DNA of 64,000 nucleotides, taken from positions 21,148-85,147 of the forward strand of contig JAHBSF010000008.1 of the NCBI GenBank assembly GCA_019639255.1, in the 5' to 3' direction. The notes under the pieces were generated by a model. That model was not told where the DNA came from and searched no databases. It was given only the letters and a program-made list of their open reading frames with translations. The position numbers were made by a program, and so were the translations under genes. Of the stretch, positions 31,632 to 41,310 are shown piece after piece. The stretch is from Acidobacteriota bacterium. GTDB lineage: Bacteria; Acidobacteriota; Blastocatellia; RBC074. Numbering within the stretch: the first letter of the stretch is position 1; every line of letters begins with the position of its first letter.

Positions 31632-32657
31632 ATGGATGCAAGCAGATATTCCCGCCAGACCCTGTTCGCCGGCATAGGTCCCGCAGGCCAGGAGCGGCTT
31701 TCGGCCGGAAGCGCCGTAATCATCGGAGCAGGCGCACTCGGTGCACTGCAGGCCGAGATGCTTGCGCGCGCCGGAGTGGGCCGGTTGCGCCTCGTCGACC
31801 GCGACTTCATCGAACCATCCAACCTTCATCGCCAGGTTCTGTACGACGAAGCGGACGCCGCCGACCACCTGCCCAAAGCCGTAGCCGCGGCGCGAAGGCT
31901 GCAACGAATCAATTCCGCGATAGAGATCGATCCGGTAGTAGCCGATGTCAACTACGCCAACATCGAGGATCTGATCCGCGATTGCGACGTTATTCTCGAC
32001 GGAACGGACAATTTCGAGACGCGGTATCTGATCAACGATGCGGCGCTCAAACTCGGACGGCCGTGGATTTACGGCGCAGCGGTCGGGGCAACCGGCGCGC
32101 AGATGACCGTCCGCCCGGGCGTAACGGCGTGTTTGCGCTGCATATTTCCAGATCCGCCCGCACCCGGCGCCGCGCCGACGTGCGACACTGCGGGCGTAAT
32201 ACTGCCGATAATCGCCGCAATCGTTTCGCATCAGGTTGCGGAAGCATTCAAGCTGCTTACGGGACAAACCGAAAAACTGCACGGATCGCTGCTTCAATTC
32301 GATCTGTGGGAAAACTCCGGGGCGAGGTTGAAACTCGACCGCGCGCGGCTCGATGATTGCCCCGCGTGCGGGCGCGGCGAATACACTTTCCTGAGCGCCC
32401 GAACCGGACAGGCGGCCACCCCTATGTGCGGGCGCAACGCGGTTCAGATCTCGCCCGGAATTCCTGCAAAACTCGATTTCGCCGCGCTCGCAGCACAACT
32501 CCGCAGCGCAGGCGAAGTAAAGGTAAATCCCTATCTGCTGCGCTTCGAGACGGGCGAGTACGAGATTACGGTATTCGCCGACGCGCGCGGCATCGTCAGG
32601 GGAACGGAAGATCCGCAGGTGGCGCGTTCGCTTTATGCACGCTACATCGGAGTCTGA
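31632..32657 (+). CDS. ThiF/MoeB-family E1-like adenylyltransferase
   Basis: YSRQ...GAGALG nucleotide-binding motif ([54 protein letters not shown]), CxxC pairs (CLRC, CPAC) and a C-terminal extension. Confidence 0.85.
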   Translation: MDASRYSRQTLFAGIGPAGQERLSAGSAVIIGAGALGALQAEMLARAGVGRLRLVDRDFIEPSNLHRQVLYDEADAADHLPKAVAAARRLQRINSAIEIDPVVADVNYANIEDLIRDCDVILDGTDNFETRYLINDAALKLGRPWIYGAAVGATGAQMTVRPGVTACLRCIFPDPPAPGAAPTCDTAGVILPIIAAIVSHQVAEAFKLLTGQTEKLHGSLLQFDLWENSGARLKLDRARLDDCPACGRGEYTFLSARTGQAATPMCGRNAVQISPGIPAKLDFAALAAQLRSAGEVKVNPYLLRFETGEYEITVFADARGIVRGTEDPQVARSLYARYIGV

Positions 32658-32707
32658 AGAGAGATAACGGAACAAACGGAACAAAACAAACGGAAAGAAC
32701 CGAAAAG
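32658..32707. repeat. Family-1 half-element (one arm only) immediately upstream of the thrB start
   Basis: agagataacggaacaaacggaacaaaacaaacggaaagaaccgaaaag, then ATG at 32708. Confidence 0.7.
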
Positions 32708-33631
32708 ATGGTGCGGACCGAGATCATAGTTCCGGCGTCGACTTCAAACCTCGGAGCAAGTTTTGATGCCTGCGGGCTGGCGCTGGCGATTTACCTGCGC
32801 GTAAGGGTCGAACCGCGCGAAGAGGGTTTTGAAATCATTGCCTCGGGCGAAGGAAGTCATGAAGTCCCGCCCGATGAATCCAACCTGATTGCGCGTGTAG
32901 CCCGGTTCGTAGCCGAGCGGCGCGGTGTGCGATTGCCGGGCGCGCGACTTTTTGTCGAGAATGAAATACCGCTTGCTCGCGGTCTCGGCAGCAGCAGCGC
33001 CGCAATCATCGCGGGCATCTCGGTATTTGAAACGCTTGCGGGCGAGCATATGGCGGATGAGGAATTTTTCTCTTATGCATTGCACTTCGAGGGGCACGGC
33101 GACAACCTCGCGCCCAGCCGGCTCGGCGGTCTCGCCGTCGCCTGCGTAATCGAGCGAAACGGCGCAGCTACGCTTGCAACCGTCAAACGACGCTGGCCCG
33201 ATGAGGTGAAGGTCGTAGTGGCGATTCCGGATCTCGAACTCGAAACCGCGCGCATGCGCGCAGCGCTGCCCGAGCGCGTTTCGATGCACGATGCGGTATT
33301 CAACCTCCAGCGCGCGGCGCTGCTGCAGGCGGCGATTGCCGAAGGCCGCTTCGATCTGATAGGCGAGGCGCTCGGCGACCGTTTGCATCAGCCCTACCGC
33401 GCACCGATCGCTCCTGCGCTTGCCGGCGTTCTCAAACTCAACGACGAGCGCGGGAAAATAAGAGGGCTTCTGGGTACGGCGATCAGCGGCGCGGGTTCGA
33501 CTATGATCGCATTTGCCCTCGAAAACGAAACCGAAATCGGACGCATAATGCAGGAAAGGATACAGGCCCACGGCGTACGGGCGCGCGTGCTTGCGCCCGC
33601 AATCGACAACGAGGGCCGAAGGTTTCTGTAA
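32708..33631 (+). CDS. thrB: Homoserine kinase
   Basis: GHMP kinase: [26 protein letters not shown] and the ATP-binding loop [16 protein letters not shown]. Confidence 0.88.
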   Translation: MVRTEIIVPASTSNLGASFDACGLALAIYLRVRVEPREEGFEIIASGEGSHEVPPDESNLIARVARFVAERRGVRLPGARLFVENEIPLARGLGSSSAAIIAGISVFETLAGEHMADEEFFSYALHFEGHGDNLAPSRLGGLAVACVIERNGAATLATVKRRWPDEVKVVVAIPDLELETARMRAALPERVSMHDAVFNLQRAALLQAAIAEGRFDLIGEALGDRLHQPYRAPIAPALAGVLKLNDERGKIRGLLGTAISGAGSTMIAFALENETEIGRIMQERIQAHGVRARVLAPAIDNEGRRFL

Positions 33632-33634
33632 ATC

Positions 33635-34750
33635 ATGTCTTCACTGACGAAGATCCCGGCGGGGGTTCAGTACTTCTTCGACGATGAGGCGCGGCTGCGG
33701 CGCGAGGTCGAACGCCGCGTGATGTCCGTATTCGCCGGATGGTCGTATGACGAAATCATCCTGCCGATGTTCGACTACCACGACCTGTTTGCGCGCGGAA
33801 TGGGTGCGGATCAGGCCGAGCGCACCTACCGTTTCACGGATCGCGACGGAGCGCTGCTTGCACTGAGGCCCGAACTCACGTCGCTTGTCGCGCGCACCGT
33901 GGCTACGCGGTTCCTGCGCCGCGCCCGCCCCATACGACTGTGCTATTCCGGCGAAGTGTTTCGCTACGACGAACCCGCGGAACGCGCCGCGCGCGAGTTT
34001 CATCAGCTCGGCGTGGAACATATAGGGCAGCCCGGTGCGGCGGCCGATATCGAGATACTGCTCGTAGCGACCGAAGCGATTTCTTCGCTCGGGATACGGG
34101 ATTTTCGCATCGCGCTTGCGCACGTCGATTTTTTCAACGGGGTATCGGAGTATTTGCAGCTACGGGATGCAGACCGCGCGCGGCTGCGTGAACTGATCGA
34201 CCGGCGCAATTCGCAGGCGCTCGATGAATTTCTGCAACAGCGTGCGCCGCAGGTCGAAGCCGAGCGCCGCCGGGGCTTCTGCCGGTTAACGCAGATTGCG
34301 GGCAAACAGGATGCGCTCGACGGCGCTCGCGCCGTGCTTGTAAACGAACGCTCGCGCGCCGCCGTGGAAGAACTTGCGCGCGTATATGCAACGCTCGATG
34401 CACTGGGCCTGGCGGAGCATTTCGACATCGACCTCGGGGATGCGGGCGGGCTGGAGTATTACACCGGATTGACGTTCAAGGTATATGCGCCGGGCTGGGG
34501 CGCGGAAATCGGAGGCGGCGGACGCTACGATCATCTGATAGGAAACTTCGGCGCGCCGGAACCGGCCGTCGGATTTTCGCTTTCGCTCGATGCGCTGACC
34601 GGCGCGCGAGCCGGTAGCCGCAGCAATCCGGCGCAGCAGTCATCCGACGATGCAGAACACATTGCGCGCGGAGATGATTACGCCGAGGCGTTTCGCGCGG
34701 CGCGCGAGGTGCGACTGCGGGGCGGCAAGGTCATCGTCAAATCTTCGTGA
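33635..34750 (+). CDS. hisZ: ATP phosphoribosyltransferase regulatory subunit (class-II aaRS-like, HisRS paralog)
   Basis: HisRS-like catalytic core without an anticodon-binding domain. Sits immediately upstream of a short-form hisG, the conserved hisZ-hisG arrangement. Confidence 0.8.
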   Translation: MSSLTKIPAGVQYFFDDEARLRREVERRVMSVFAGWSYDEIILPMFDYHDLFARGMGADQAERTYRFTDRDGALLALRPELTSLVARTVATRFLRRARPIRLCYSGEVFRYDEPAERAAREFHQLGVEHIGQPGAAADIEILLVATEAISSLGIRDFRIALAHVDFFNGVSEYLQLRDADRARLRELIDRRNSQALDEFLQQRAPQVEAERRRGFCRLTQIAGKQDALDGARAVLVNERSRAAVEELARVYATLDALGLAEHFDIDLGDAGGLEYYTGLTFKVYAPGWGAEIGGGGRYDHLIGNFGAPEPAVGFSLSLDALTGARAGSRSNPAQQSSDDAEHIARGDDYAEAFRAAREVRLRGGKVIVKSS

Positions 34751-34778
34751 CTTTTTTTGTACACGCCAATTTCATGAC

Positions 34779-35408
34779 ATGCTGACCATAGCAATTTCCA
34801 AAGGAAGAATGCAGGATGCGACGCTTGCGCTGTTTGCGCGCGCGGGCATCGAAGCAAAGGAAGAAGCGCTGCGTTCGCGCCGATTGCTGATCGAGACAGC
34901 GGACGGCCGGTGCAGTTTTATTTTCGTCAAACCGGGCGATGTGCCAACGTATGTGGAATACGGCGTGGCGGACGCGGGCGTATGCGGCCGGGATGTTTTG
35001 CTGGAGTCGCGGGCAGAGGTTCACGAGCCGCTGGACCTGAAGCTGGGTTACTGCCGGCTGGCGGTAGCGGGCAGGCGCGAAGTTCTGGGCGAGGACTACA
35101 ACCTGCTTGCAACCGTGCGCGTTGCGACGAAGTTTCCGCGCATCACATCGGAGTATTTCCACGAACGCGGTATACCGATCGAGGTAATTACGCTTTCCGG
35201 TTCGGTGGAGATCGCGCCGCTGCTGGGGCTGTCGGACAGGGTAGTGGATCTGGTGGAGACGGGGCGCACGCTGCGCGAAAACGGCCTCGAAGTAATCGAC
35301 GTCATAATGGAATCAACGGCAAGACTCATAGTCAATCGCGCGAGCTTTCACCTGAAACGCGAAGAGATAAGCCGGTTGATTGCCGATGTCGGCGCGGTCG
35401 TAGAATGA
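34779..35408 (+). CDS. hisG: ATP phosphoribosyltransferase, short form
   Basis: MLTIAISKGRMQDATLALFARAGIE... ~210 aa short form lacking the C-terminal regulatory domain, consistent with the HisZ partner. Confidence 0.9.
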   Translation: MLTIAISKGRMQDATLALFARAGIEAKEEALRSRRLLIETADGRCSFIFVKPGDVPTYVEYGVADAGVCGRDVLLESRAEVHEPLDLKLGYCRLAVAGRREVLGEDYNLLATVRVATKFPRITSEYFHERGIPIEVITLSGSVEIAPLLGLSDRVVDLVETGRTLRENGLEVIDVIMESTARLIVNRASFHLKREEISRLIADVGAVVE

Positions 35409-35420
35409 TGAAGTGCAGCA

Positions 35421-35740
35421 GTGCTGAAGTAGAAGTGCTGAGTGCTGAGTCCTGAGTGCTGAGTGCAAATAGGAACTGAAGAACTTCTATACTCCGTCAA
35501 ACAAGTTCTTTGAGTTTATCAGCCGCGGAGCGGCGAAAGATCTGTAGCCCAGGGCGGCGAGCCCTGGGTAAGTGTAGAGAAGCCGTACCAGCCCCGGAGG
35601 GGCGGAAGATCTTTCGCCCTTTCAGCGCTCGGGCGTTCTGTTTTTTCTGACCTGGCGCTCACGCACCAGGCTACAGATCTTTCGCCGCTCCGCGGCTGAA
35701 AAACTCAAAAACTTTGTTTACAGAGCACTGAGTACGACAG
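35421..35740. repeat. Family-2 large palindrome (copy A) with GTGCTGAGT repeats, located between hisG and hisD
   Basis: gtgctgagtgctgagtcctgagtgctgagtgcaaataggaactgaagaacttctatactccgtc...ggcgaaagatctgtagcccagggc...gccctgg...gctacagatctttcgccgctccgcggctgaaaaactcaaa...cagagcactgagtacgac. Confidence 0.85.
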
Positions 35741-35761
35741 TGTTTGGTGGATAGTGATTTT

Positions 35762-37087
35762 ATGATTGAGATCATCACACTGGAGACGGGAAATCCGGCG
35801 GAGAGTCCGAAGTTGAAGCGGATTCTGGGCCGCACGGGCGGACTCGACGCCGAAGTGCTTGTGCGCACCGACGCCGTAGTGCGCGATGTGCGCGCGCGAG
35901 GCGATGCGGCGATTCTTGAATACACTGCAAGATTCGATGGCGTCACCCTTACGCCCGCAACCCTGCGCGTCGAACGCGAACAAATCGAGGCGCTCGCCGC
36001 ACAAGTCGATTCAGAACTGATCGCCGCGATGCGCGAGGCGATCGCCAACATCCGCCACTACCACGCACATCAACGCGCAGGCGACTGGGAAATCGAGCGC
36101 CGCAACGGCGTGCGACTCGGTCAGCGCGTGCGCCCGCTCGGAATCGTCGGATTGTACGTGCCCGGCGGAAGCGCAGCCTATCCGTCAACCGTGATGATGA
36201 ATGCGATACCGGCGCAGGTCGCAGGCGTAGAGCGCATCGTAGTCGTCACGCCCCCGGCGCAATTTGCGCGCAATCCGGTGATTGCAGCCGTACTGAACGA
36301 ACTCGGATTGTTCGAGGTTTACACGATCGGAGGCGCGCAGGCCGTAGCCGCGCTCGCCTACGGCACCGCCACCCTTCCGCGCGTGGACAAAATCGTAGGC
36401 CCCGGCAATCAGTACGTCGCTGCTGCCAAAAAGATCGTCTACGGCGTCGTGGATATAGATTCGATCGCCGGGCCGAGCGAAATCGTGGTCATTGCGGACG
36501 ATTCGGCGCGTCCGGATTACGTGGCCGCCGATATGCTCTCGCAGGCGGAGCATTCCGAAGATGCAGCGGCGATTCTCGTTACAACGAGCGGCGATCTGGC
36601 TGAAGCGGTGCGCGCCGAAATAATCAAACAGACCGGGCATCTGTCACGCCGCGCAATCATTGAAAAGTCGCTGCGCGATTACGGCGCGATCATAGTCGTC
36701 GGATCGACGGAAGCGGCGACGGCGCTCGTAGACCGGCTCGCGCCCGAACACGTAGAGGTAATGACGGAAAACGCGGAAATCGATGCGGCGCGATTGCGGC
36801 ACGCGGGAGCGATATTCATCGGCCCCTATTCGCCGGAACCCGTCGGAGATTATTTCGCCGGGACAAACCACGTGCTGCCTACGGGCGGAACGGCGCGGTT
36901 TTCCTCGGCGTTGGGCGTTTACGATTTTCTGAAACGAACCAGCATCATTCGCTACACCGAAGCCGAACTTGCACAAACGGCCGGAGCGATAGACCGGCTT
37001 GCGCGCGCCGAGGGTTTCGACGCGCACGCGCGCGCGGCTACGATCAGAACGGAAGGAAACAGAGAGATAACGGAACAAACGAAATAA
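35762..37087 (+). CDS. hisD: Histidinol dehydrogenase
   Basis: MIEIITLETGNPAE..., motifs GGAQAVAALAYGT, SQAEHSEDA and Zn/His ligands. The last ~10 codons of the ORF run into the family-1 element; the real stop may lie slightly earlier. Confidence 0.9.
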   Translation: MIEIITLETGNPAESPKLKRILGRTGGLDAEVLVRTDAVVRDVRARGDAAILEYTARFDGVTLTPATLRVEREQIEALAAQVDSELIAAMREAIANIRHYHAHQRAGDWEIERRNGVRLGQRVRPLGIVGLYVPGGSAAYPSTVMMNAIPAQVAGVERIVVVTPPAQFARNPVIAAVLNELGLFEVYTIGGAQAVAALAYGTATLPRVDKIVGPGNQYVAAAKKIVYGVVDIDSIAGPSEIVVIADDSARPDYVAADMLSQAEHSEDAAAILVTTSGDLAEAVRAEIIKQTGHLSRRAIIEKSLRDYGAIIVVGSTEAATALVDRLAPEHVEVMTENAEIDAARLRHAGAIFIGPYSPEPVGDYFAGTNHVLPTGGTARFSSALGVYDFLKRTSIIRYTEAELAQTAGAIDRLARAEGFDAHARAATIRTEGNREITEQTK

Positions 37088-37167
37088 AACGAAAAGCCCA
37101 AAACAGACCGAAAAGACGGATTATTCCGTCTGTTTCGTGTTATTTCGTTTGTTCCGTTATCTCTCTT
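37061..37167. repeat. Family-1 element (copy 10) between hisD and hisC
   Basis: agagagataacggaacaaacgaaataaaacgaaaagcccaaaacagaccgaaaag-acggattatt-ccgtctgtttcgtgttatttcgtttgttccgttatctctct. Confidence 0.85.
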
Positions 37168-37175
37168 GCATTGCG

Positions 37176-38267
37176 ATGCCAACGCCGCTGGATAAAATCA
37201 AACCGCAGGTGCGCGCAATACGCGCCTACACCCTTGCGCCGCTCGAAGCGCCCGTAAAGATCAATCAGAACGAAAATCCGTTCGAGATGCCGGAAGAAAT
37301 CAAGCGCGCGGTTCTTGCGCGGCTTGAAGATCGCCCGTGGTCGCGTTATCCGACATTTACTCCCACGGCGCTTCAGGAAAAACTCGCCGCTCACGCAAAC
37401 TGGCGCGCCGACGGAGTGCTGGCCGGAAACGGATCGAACGAACTGATCCAGGCGCTTTTGACCGTCACCGTAGGCGCGGGCACGCGCGTGCTTATACCCG
37501 AACCTACATTCACCCTCTACCGCCAACTGGTATCGGTGCTCGGCGGCGAAGTCATTCCCGTACCGCTGACCGAAGCTCTGCAATTCAACATACCGAAACT
37601 CGCGGGCAAGGTCGCCATGACAAAAGCCGACCTGCTCATACTGTGTTCGCCCAATAATCCCACCGGATGCACGATCTCCGAGCGCGATCTGCGGCTGCTG
37701 CTGCGGCAGTCGGAGGGGTTGGTGGTTGTAGATCAGGCATACGTAGAGTTCGGCGGAGAGGATTTCGCGCCGCTGCTCCCGGAATTTCCGAATCTCGTCA
37801 TACTGCGCACGTTCTCGAAGGCGATGGCGATGGCCGGGTTGCGCGTGGGATACCTGCTCGCCGCTCCCGAAATCGCCCTTGAGATCAATAAAGCGAAGCT
37901 GCCCTACAATCTGAATTTCTTCTCCATAGCCGCGGCCGAAGCCGCGCTGGAAAAGGTCCATCTGCTGCGCCCGCTAATTGACAGGATCGTTGCCGAACGC
38001 GAGAGACTATTCGCCGAATTGCAGCGCATTCCTGGGCTGTCGCCCGTCAGGTCCGAGGCGAATTTCTTCGTCGTGCATACGCGCATCGCTCCGGGGGAAT
38101 TATTTGAAGCCCTGCACGCGCGTGGTATTCTCATCCGCGACGTGAGTTCGTATCCGATGCTCGCCGGTTATGTGCGGCTGAGCGTGGGGGCGCCGGAGGA
38201 AAACGACCGGTTGATCGAAGCGCTGCGGGAAATCTTCGACGGTTATCGGGACGAGAATCAATACTGA
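37176..38267 (+). CDS. hisC: Histidinol-phosphate aminotransferase
   Basis: MPTPLDKIKPQVRAIRAYT... class-II aminotransferase with the PLP-lysine region TFSKAMAMAGLRVGY. Confidence 0.9.
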   Translation: MPTPLDKIKPQVRAIRAYTLAPLEAPVKINQNENPFEMPEEIKRAVLARLEDRPWSRYPTFTPTALQEKLAAHANWRADGVLAGNGSNELIQALLTVTVGAGTRVLIPEPTFTLYRQLVSVLGGEVIPVPLTEALQFNIPKLAGKVAMTKADLLILCSPNNPTGCTISERDLRLLLRQSEGLVVVDQAYVEFGGEDFAPLLPEFPNLVILRTFSKAMAMAGLRVGYLLAAPEIALEINKAKLPYNLNFFSIAAAEAALEKVHLLRPLIDRIVAERERLFAELQRIPGLSPVRSEANFFVVHTRIAPGELFEALHARGILIRDVSSYPMLAGYVRLSVGAPEENDRLIEALREIFDGYRDENQY

Positions 38268-38311
38268 AATCAATACGGAAATCGATACGGGAATCAATAC
38301 GGGAATCAAAG
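38268..38311. repeat. Tandem 12-mer repeat (AATCAATACGGG)x~3.5 immediately upstream of hisB
   Basis: aaatcaatacgg aaatcgatacggg aatcaatacggg aatcaaag. Confidence 0.8.
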
Positions 38312-38899
38312 ATGACGCGAAGGGCGGAAGTAAAGCGAAAAACCAAAGAAACCGACATCCGCGTTGCGATTGAACTCGACGGTGCGGGCGCAGTCCGCGT
38401 GCAAACCGGCATCGGTTTTCTCGATCATATGCTCGATCTTTTTGCGCGGCACGGACTGTTCGATCTGGAAGTCGAATGCCGCGGCGATCTGAATATAGAC
38501 GATCATCATTCGGTCGAAGACATAGCCATATGCCTCGGACAGGCGTTTGCTGAAGCGCTCGGCGACAAACGCGGCATAGTGCGTTTCGGTTCGGCCTACG
38601 TACCGATGGACGAAACGCTGGCGCGCGCGGTTGCGGATCTTTCGGGACGGTCGTATATGGTTTACCGCGTCGAGAACACGCGCGACCGGATAGGCGATTT
38701 TTCGACCGAACTCGCCGAACATTTCTGGCATTCGTTCGCCGAACACGCACGGTGCAACCTGCACATAGAGGTTTTCTACGGCCGCAATCAGCATCACATA
38801 CTCGAAGCCGTATTCAAGTCGGCGGCGCGCGCCCTGTCGCAGGCCGTGCGTTTGGACGCGCGCATCGAGGGAGTGATGTCTACAAAAGGAGTGCTCTGA
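38312..38899 (+). CDS. hisB: Imidazoleglycerol-phosphate dehydratase
   Basis: MTRRAEVKRKTKETDIRVAIELDG... with the duplicated Mn-binding His motifs DDHHSVED and HHILEAVFK. Confidence 0.92.
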   Translation: MTRRAEVKRKTKETDIRVAIELDGAGAVRVQTGIGFLDHMLDLFARHGLFDLEVECRGDLNIDDHHSVEDIAICLGQAFAEALGDKRGIVRFGSAYVPMDETLARAVADLSGRSYMVYRVENTRDRIGDFSTELAEHFWHSFAEHARCNLHIEVFYGRNQHHILEAVFKSAARALSQAVRLDARIEGVMSTKGVL

Positions 38900-38903
38900 C
38901 GCT

Positions 38904-39506
38904 GTGAAAGTGGCGATTATCGATTACGGGGTCGGGAATCTGCGCAGCGTCGAAAAGGCATTCACCTCGCAGGGCATAGATGCGGCAATAAGCAGCGACA
39001 TCGACGCTCTGCAACGCGCCGAGCGTCTGGTGCTGCCGGGCGTGGGCGCATTTGCGGCGTGTATGAACGGGCTGAGGGAAAGAGGATTCGACCGCCTGGT
39101 ATGCAAAGCGGCGGCCGAAGGAAAACCGATCATCGGACTGTGCGTCGGCTTGCAGATGCTTTTTGAAGAGGGGCGCGAGTTCGGCGTTCATCGCGGGTTG
39201 GGGCTGCTGCCCGGGCGCGTAGTGCGGTTTCCCGAGGGCGTGCACGTGCCGCACGTGGGCTGGAATCAGGTATCGATAAAACAATCGCACCCGATTTTCA
39301 GCGAATTGCCCGACGAATCGTTTTTCTATTTCGTGCACTCTTATCACGTCGAAACCGACGACGCATCGTGCGTGATGGGCGAAACCGAATACGCGCTCCG
39401 TTACCCTTCGGTATGCGGGCGCGGATCGTTGCTCGGCGTTCAGTTTCACCCGGAAAAAAGCCAGACCGCAGGGTTGAAACTGCTGAAAAACTTCGCCGAA
39501 ATGTAA
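38904..39506 (+). CDS. hisH: Imidazole glycerol phosphate synthase, glutamine amidotransferase subunit
   Basis: MKVAIIDYGVGNLRSVEKAF..., catalytic GLCVGLQ and the HPEKS triad region. Confidence 0.92.
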   Translation: MKVAIIDYGVGNLRSVEKAFTSQGIDAAISSDIDALQRAERLVLPGVGAFAACMNGLRERGFDRLVCKAAAEGKPIIGLCVGLQMLFEEGREFGVHRGLGLLPGRVVRFPEGVHVPHVGWNQVSIKQSHPIFSELPDESFFYFVHSYHVETDDASCVMGETEYALRYPSVCGRGSLLGVQFHPEKSQTAGLKLLKNFAEM

Positions 39507-39508
39507 AA

Positions 39509-39555
39509 AAGACATTTGTTTCGTTTCATTCTGTTTGTTCCGTGTTCTCTCTTCC
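39509..39555. repeat. Family-1 half-element directly after the hisH stop
   Basis: aaaaagacatttgtttcgtttcattctgtttgttccgtgttctctcttcc. Confidence 0.6.
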
Positions 39556-40218
39556 CCTCGCGTAACCGGCGACGTAGTCGGGAACATCGATGCCCGATCT
39601 CAACAGCGGATCGTCTATGGGCGGGCCGGCGGTGAGACTGAGCGGCAACAGGCCGGCCCAGACATCGAGTGCGTGATCCTCATCGTCGTCTATGGGCGGT
39701 CCCGTGCGGATCTTGGCCGAGACCTCTTCGAGCGGCAGGGCCAGAACGAGGGTCGCTTTCAACTCCTGTTCATTCGGTTCGCGCACGTCGGCCCATCTGC
39801 CCGGGGTGAGGTGATCGGTGAAGACGCGCAGCGCGGTGTTTTTTTCGGCTTCGTCTTCGACTACGTATGCGCGGCCGAAAACAACTACCGAACGATAGTT
39901 GATCGAATGGTGAAAAGCCGAGCGTGCGAGCACGAATCCGTCGACCAGCGTAACCGCGACGCATACATCCACGCCCTCGGCGAGCGTGCGCAGCATTCGG
40001 CTGGCTGCAGAGCCGTGAATATAGAGCAGATCTCCGAGGCGCCCGTAAGCGGTCGGAATGACTACGGGGCGTGAATCGACGATGAATCCTACGTGGCAGA
40101 TGAAGGCTTCGTCGAGTATGCGGTATACGGCGGCGCGATCGTATTCAGCGCGCTGGGGGCGCCGTTTGAGCGTCGTTCGCGGCGTGGGGATAAACTTGTC
40201 TGACTGATCGGATTCCAT
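39526..40218 (-). CDS. Pyridoxamine 5'-phosphate oxidase-family (FMN-binding split-barrel) protein, encoded antisense between hisH and hisA
   Basis: 230 aa. RAAVYRILDEAFICHVGF...VVIPTAY...LYIHGSAAS pattern typical of PNPOx-like split-barrel proteins. Confidence 0.7.
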   Translation of the reverse strand: MESDQSDKFIPTPRTTLKRRPQRAEYDRAAVYRILDEAFICHVGFIVDSRPVVIPTAYGRLGDLLYIHGSAASRMLRTLAEGVDVCVAVTLVDGFVLARSAFHHSINYRSVVVFGRAYVVEDEAEKNTALRVFTDHLTPGRWADVREPNEQELKATLVLALPLEEVSAKIRTGPPIDDDEDHALDVWAGLLPLSLTAGPPIDDPLLRSGIDVPDYVAGYARGRENTEQTE

Positions 40219-40511
40219 CTATGTTGCTCCTTGATTTCACGAATAAGTTCGACACACTAACAGCGAGTACGCGATCGCACAAGGGCCAATTCCGGCGATT
40301 TCCGCAGACATTTCCGGTTAATTGCCCGGAAAGATGGCGGAGATATGCGAAAAATCCTTGCCTGAAAACGCAAAATGAGTAGTATTGTGGCCACCGTCGG
40401 GGCGCGCCCCGCGGTCCGACGAGACCTGTGAGTGCAAGAGACCTGTGAGTGTAACTGGATAACCGTACAGACTGGCGGCGGCGATGAGCGCCCCGAAACA
40501 CACACATCCGC

Positions 40512-41240
40512 ATGATTATCATCCCGGCGATTGACCTGCGCGGCGGGCGGTGCGTACGCCTGACGCAGGGCCGTGCATCAGACGAAACCGTCTACTCCGA
40601 AAACCCCCTCAAAGTAGCCCGCGAATGGTACGAGGCCGGGGCGGAAATGCTGCACATCGTCAACCTCGACGGCGCGCTCGGTTCGGCCGACCGTAATAAT
40701 CTGAAGGCGCTCGAACAGATCCTGTACGAGATCAACATCCCGATACAGTTCGGCGGCGGCGTGCGTACATTCGACGATGTGCGGCAACTCGACGAACTCG
40801 GAGCAACGCGCATCGTGCTCGGCACTACGGCGATTGAAAATCCCGTGCTGCTCGAACATATCGTCGGCGAATTCGGATCTACGATCGTCGTCGGCATCGA
40901 TGCGCGCGCGGGCAAGGTCGCGGTGCGCGGATGGGAAAAGACATCGAGCATCGACGCCGTAGAGCTGGCGCAGCGCGTAGCCGACATCGGCGTCGAACGC
41001 ATCGTTTACACCGACATCGAACGCGACGGAATGATGACCGGCGTCAACCTCGATGCAACGCGCGATATAGCCGAAGCCAGCGGCCTGAAGGTGACTGCAT
41101 CGGGCGGCGTATCGTCGCTCGACGATATCTACGCACTGAAAGATCTCGAACCCTTCGGCGTCGACAGCGTGATAATCGGCAAGGCGCTTTACGAGGGACT
41201 CTTCATGCTCGAAGACGCTCTCGACGTTGCCGACGAATAA
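40512..41240 (+). CDS. hisA: 1-(5-phosphoribosyl)-5-[(5-phosphoribosylamino)methylideneamino]imidazole-4-carboxamide isomerase
   Basis: MIIIPAIDLRGGRCVRLTQG...VNLDGA...GGGVR...SGGVSSLDD. Classic HisA (beta/alpha)8 motifs. Confidence 0.92.
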   Translation: MIIIPAIDLRGGRCVRLTQGRASDETVYSENPLKVAREWYEAGAEMLHIVNLDGALGSADRNNLKALEQILYEINIPIQFGGGVRTFDDVRQLDELGATRIVLGTTAIENPVLLEHIVGEFGSTIVVGIDARAGKVAVRGWEKTSSIDAVELAQRVADIGVERIVYTDIERDGMMTGVNLDATRDIAEASGLKVTASGGVSSLDDIYALKDLEPFGVDSVIIGKALYEGLFMLEDALDVADE

Positions 41241-41310
41241 GAGAAACAACGGAATGGTTGAATATTTCCGTGGTTTCCGTCTTATTTCGTTTGTTCCGTC
41301 ATCTCTCTCT
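41241..41310. repeat. Family-1 element (copy 12, left arm truncated)
   Basis: agagaaacaacggaatggttgaatatttccgtggtttccgtcttatttcgtttgttccgtcatctctctc. Confidence 0.8.
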
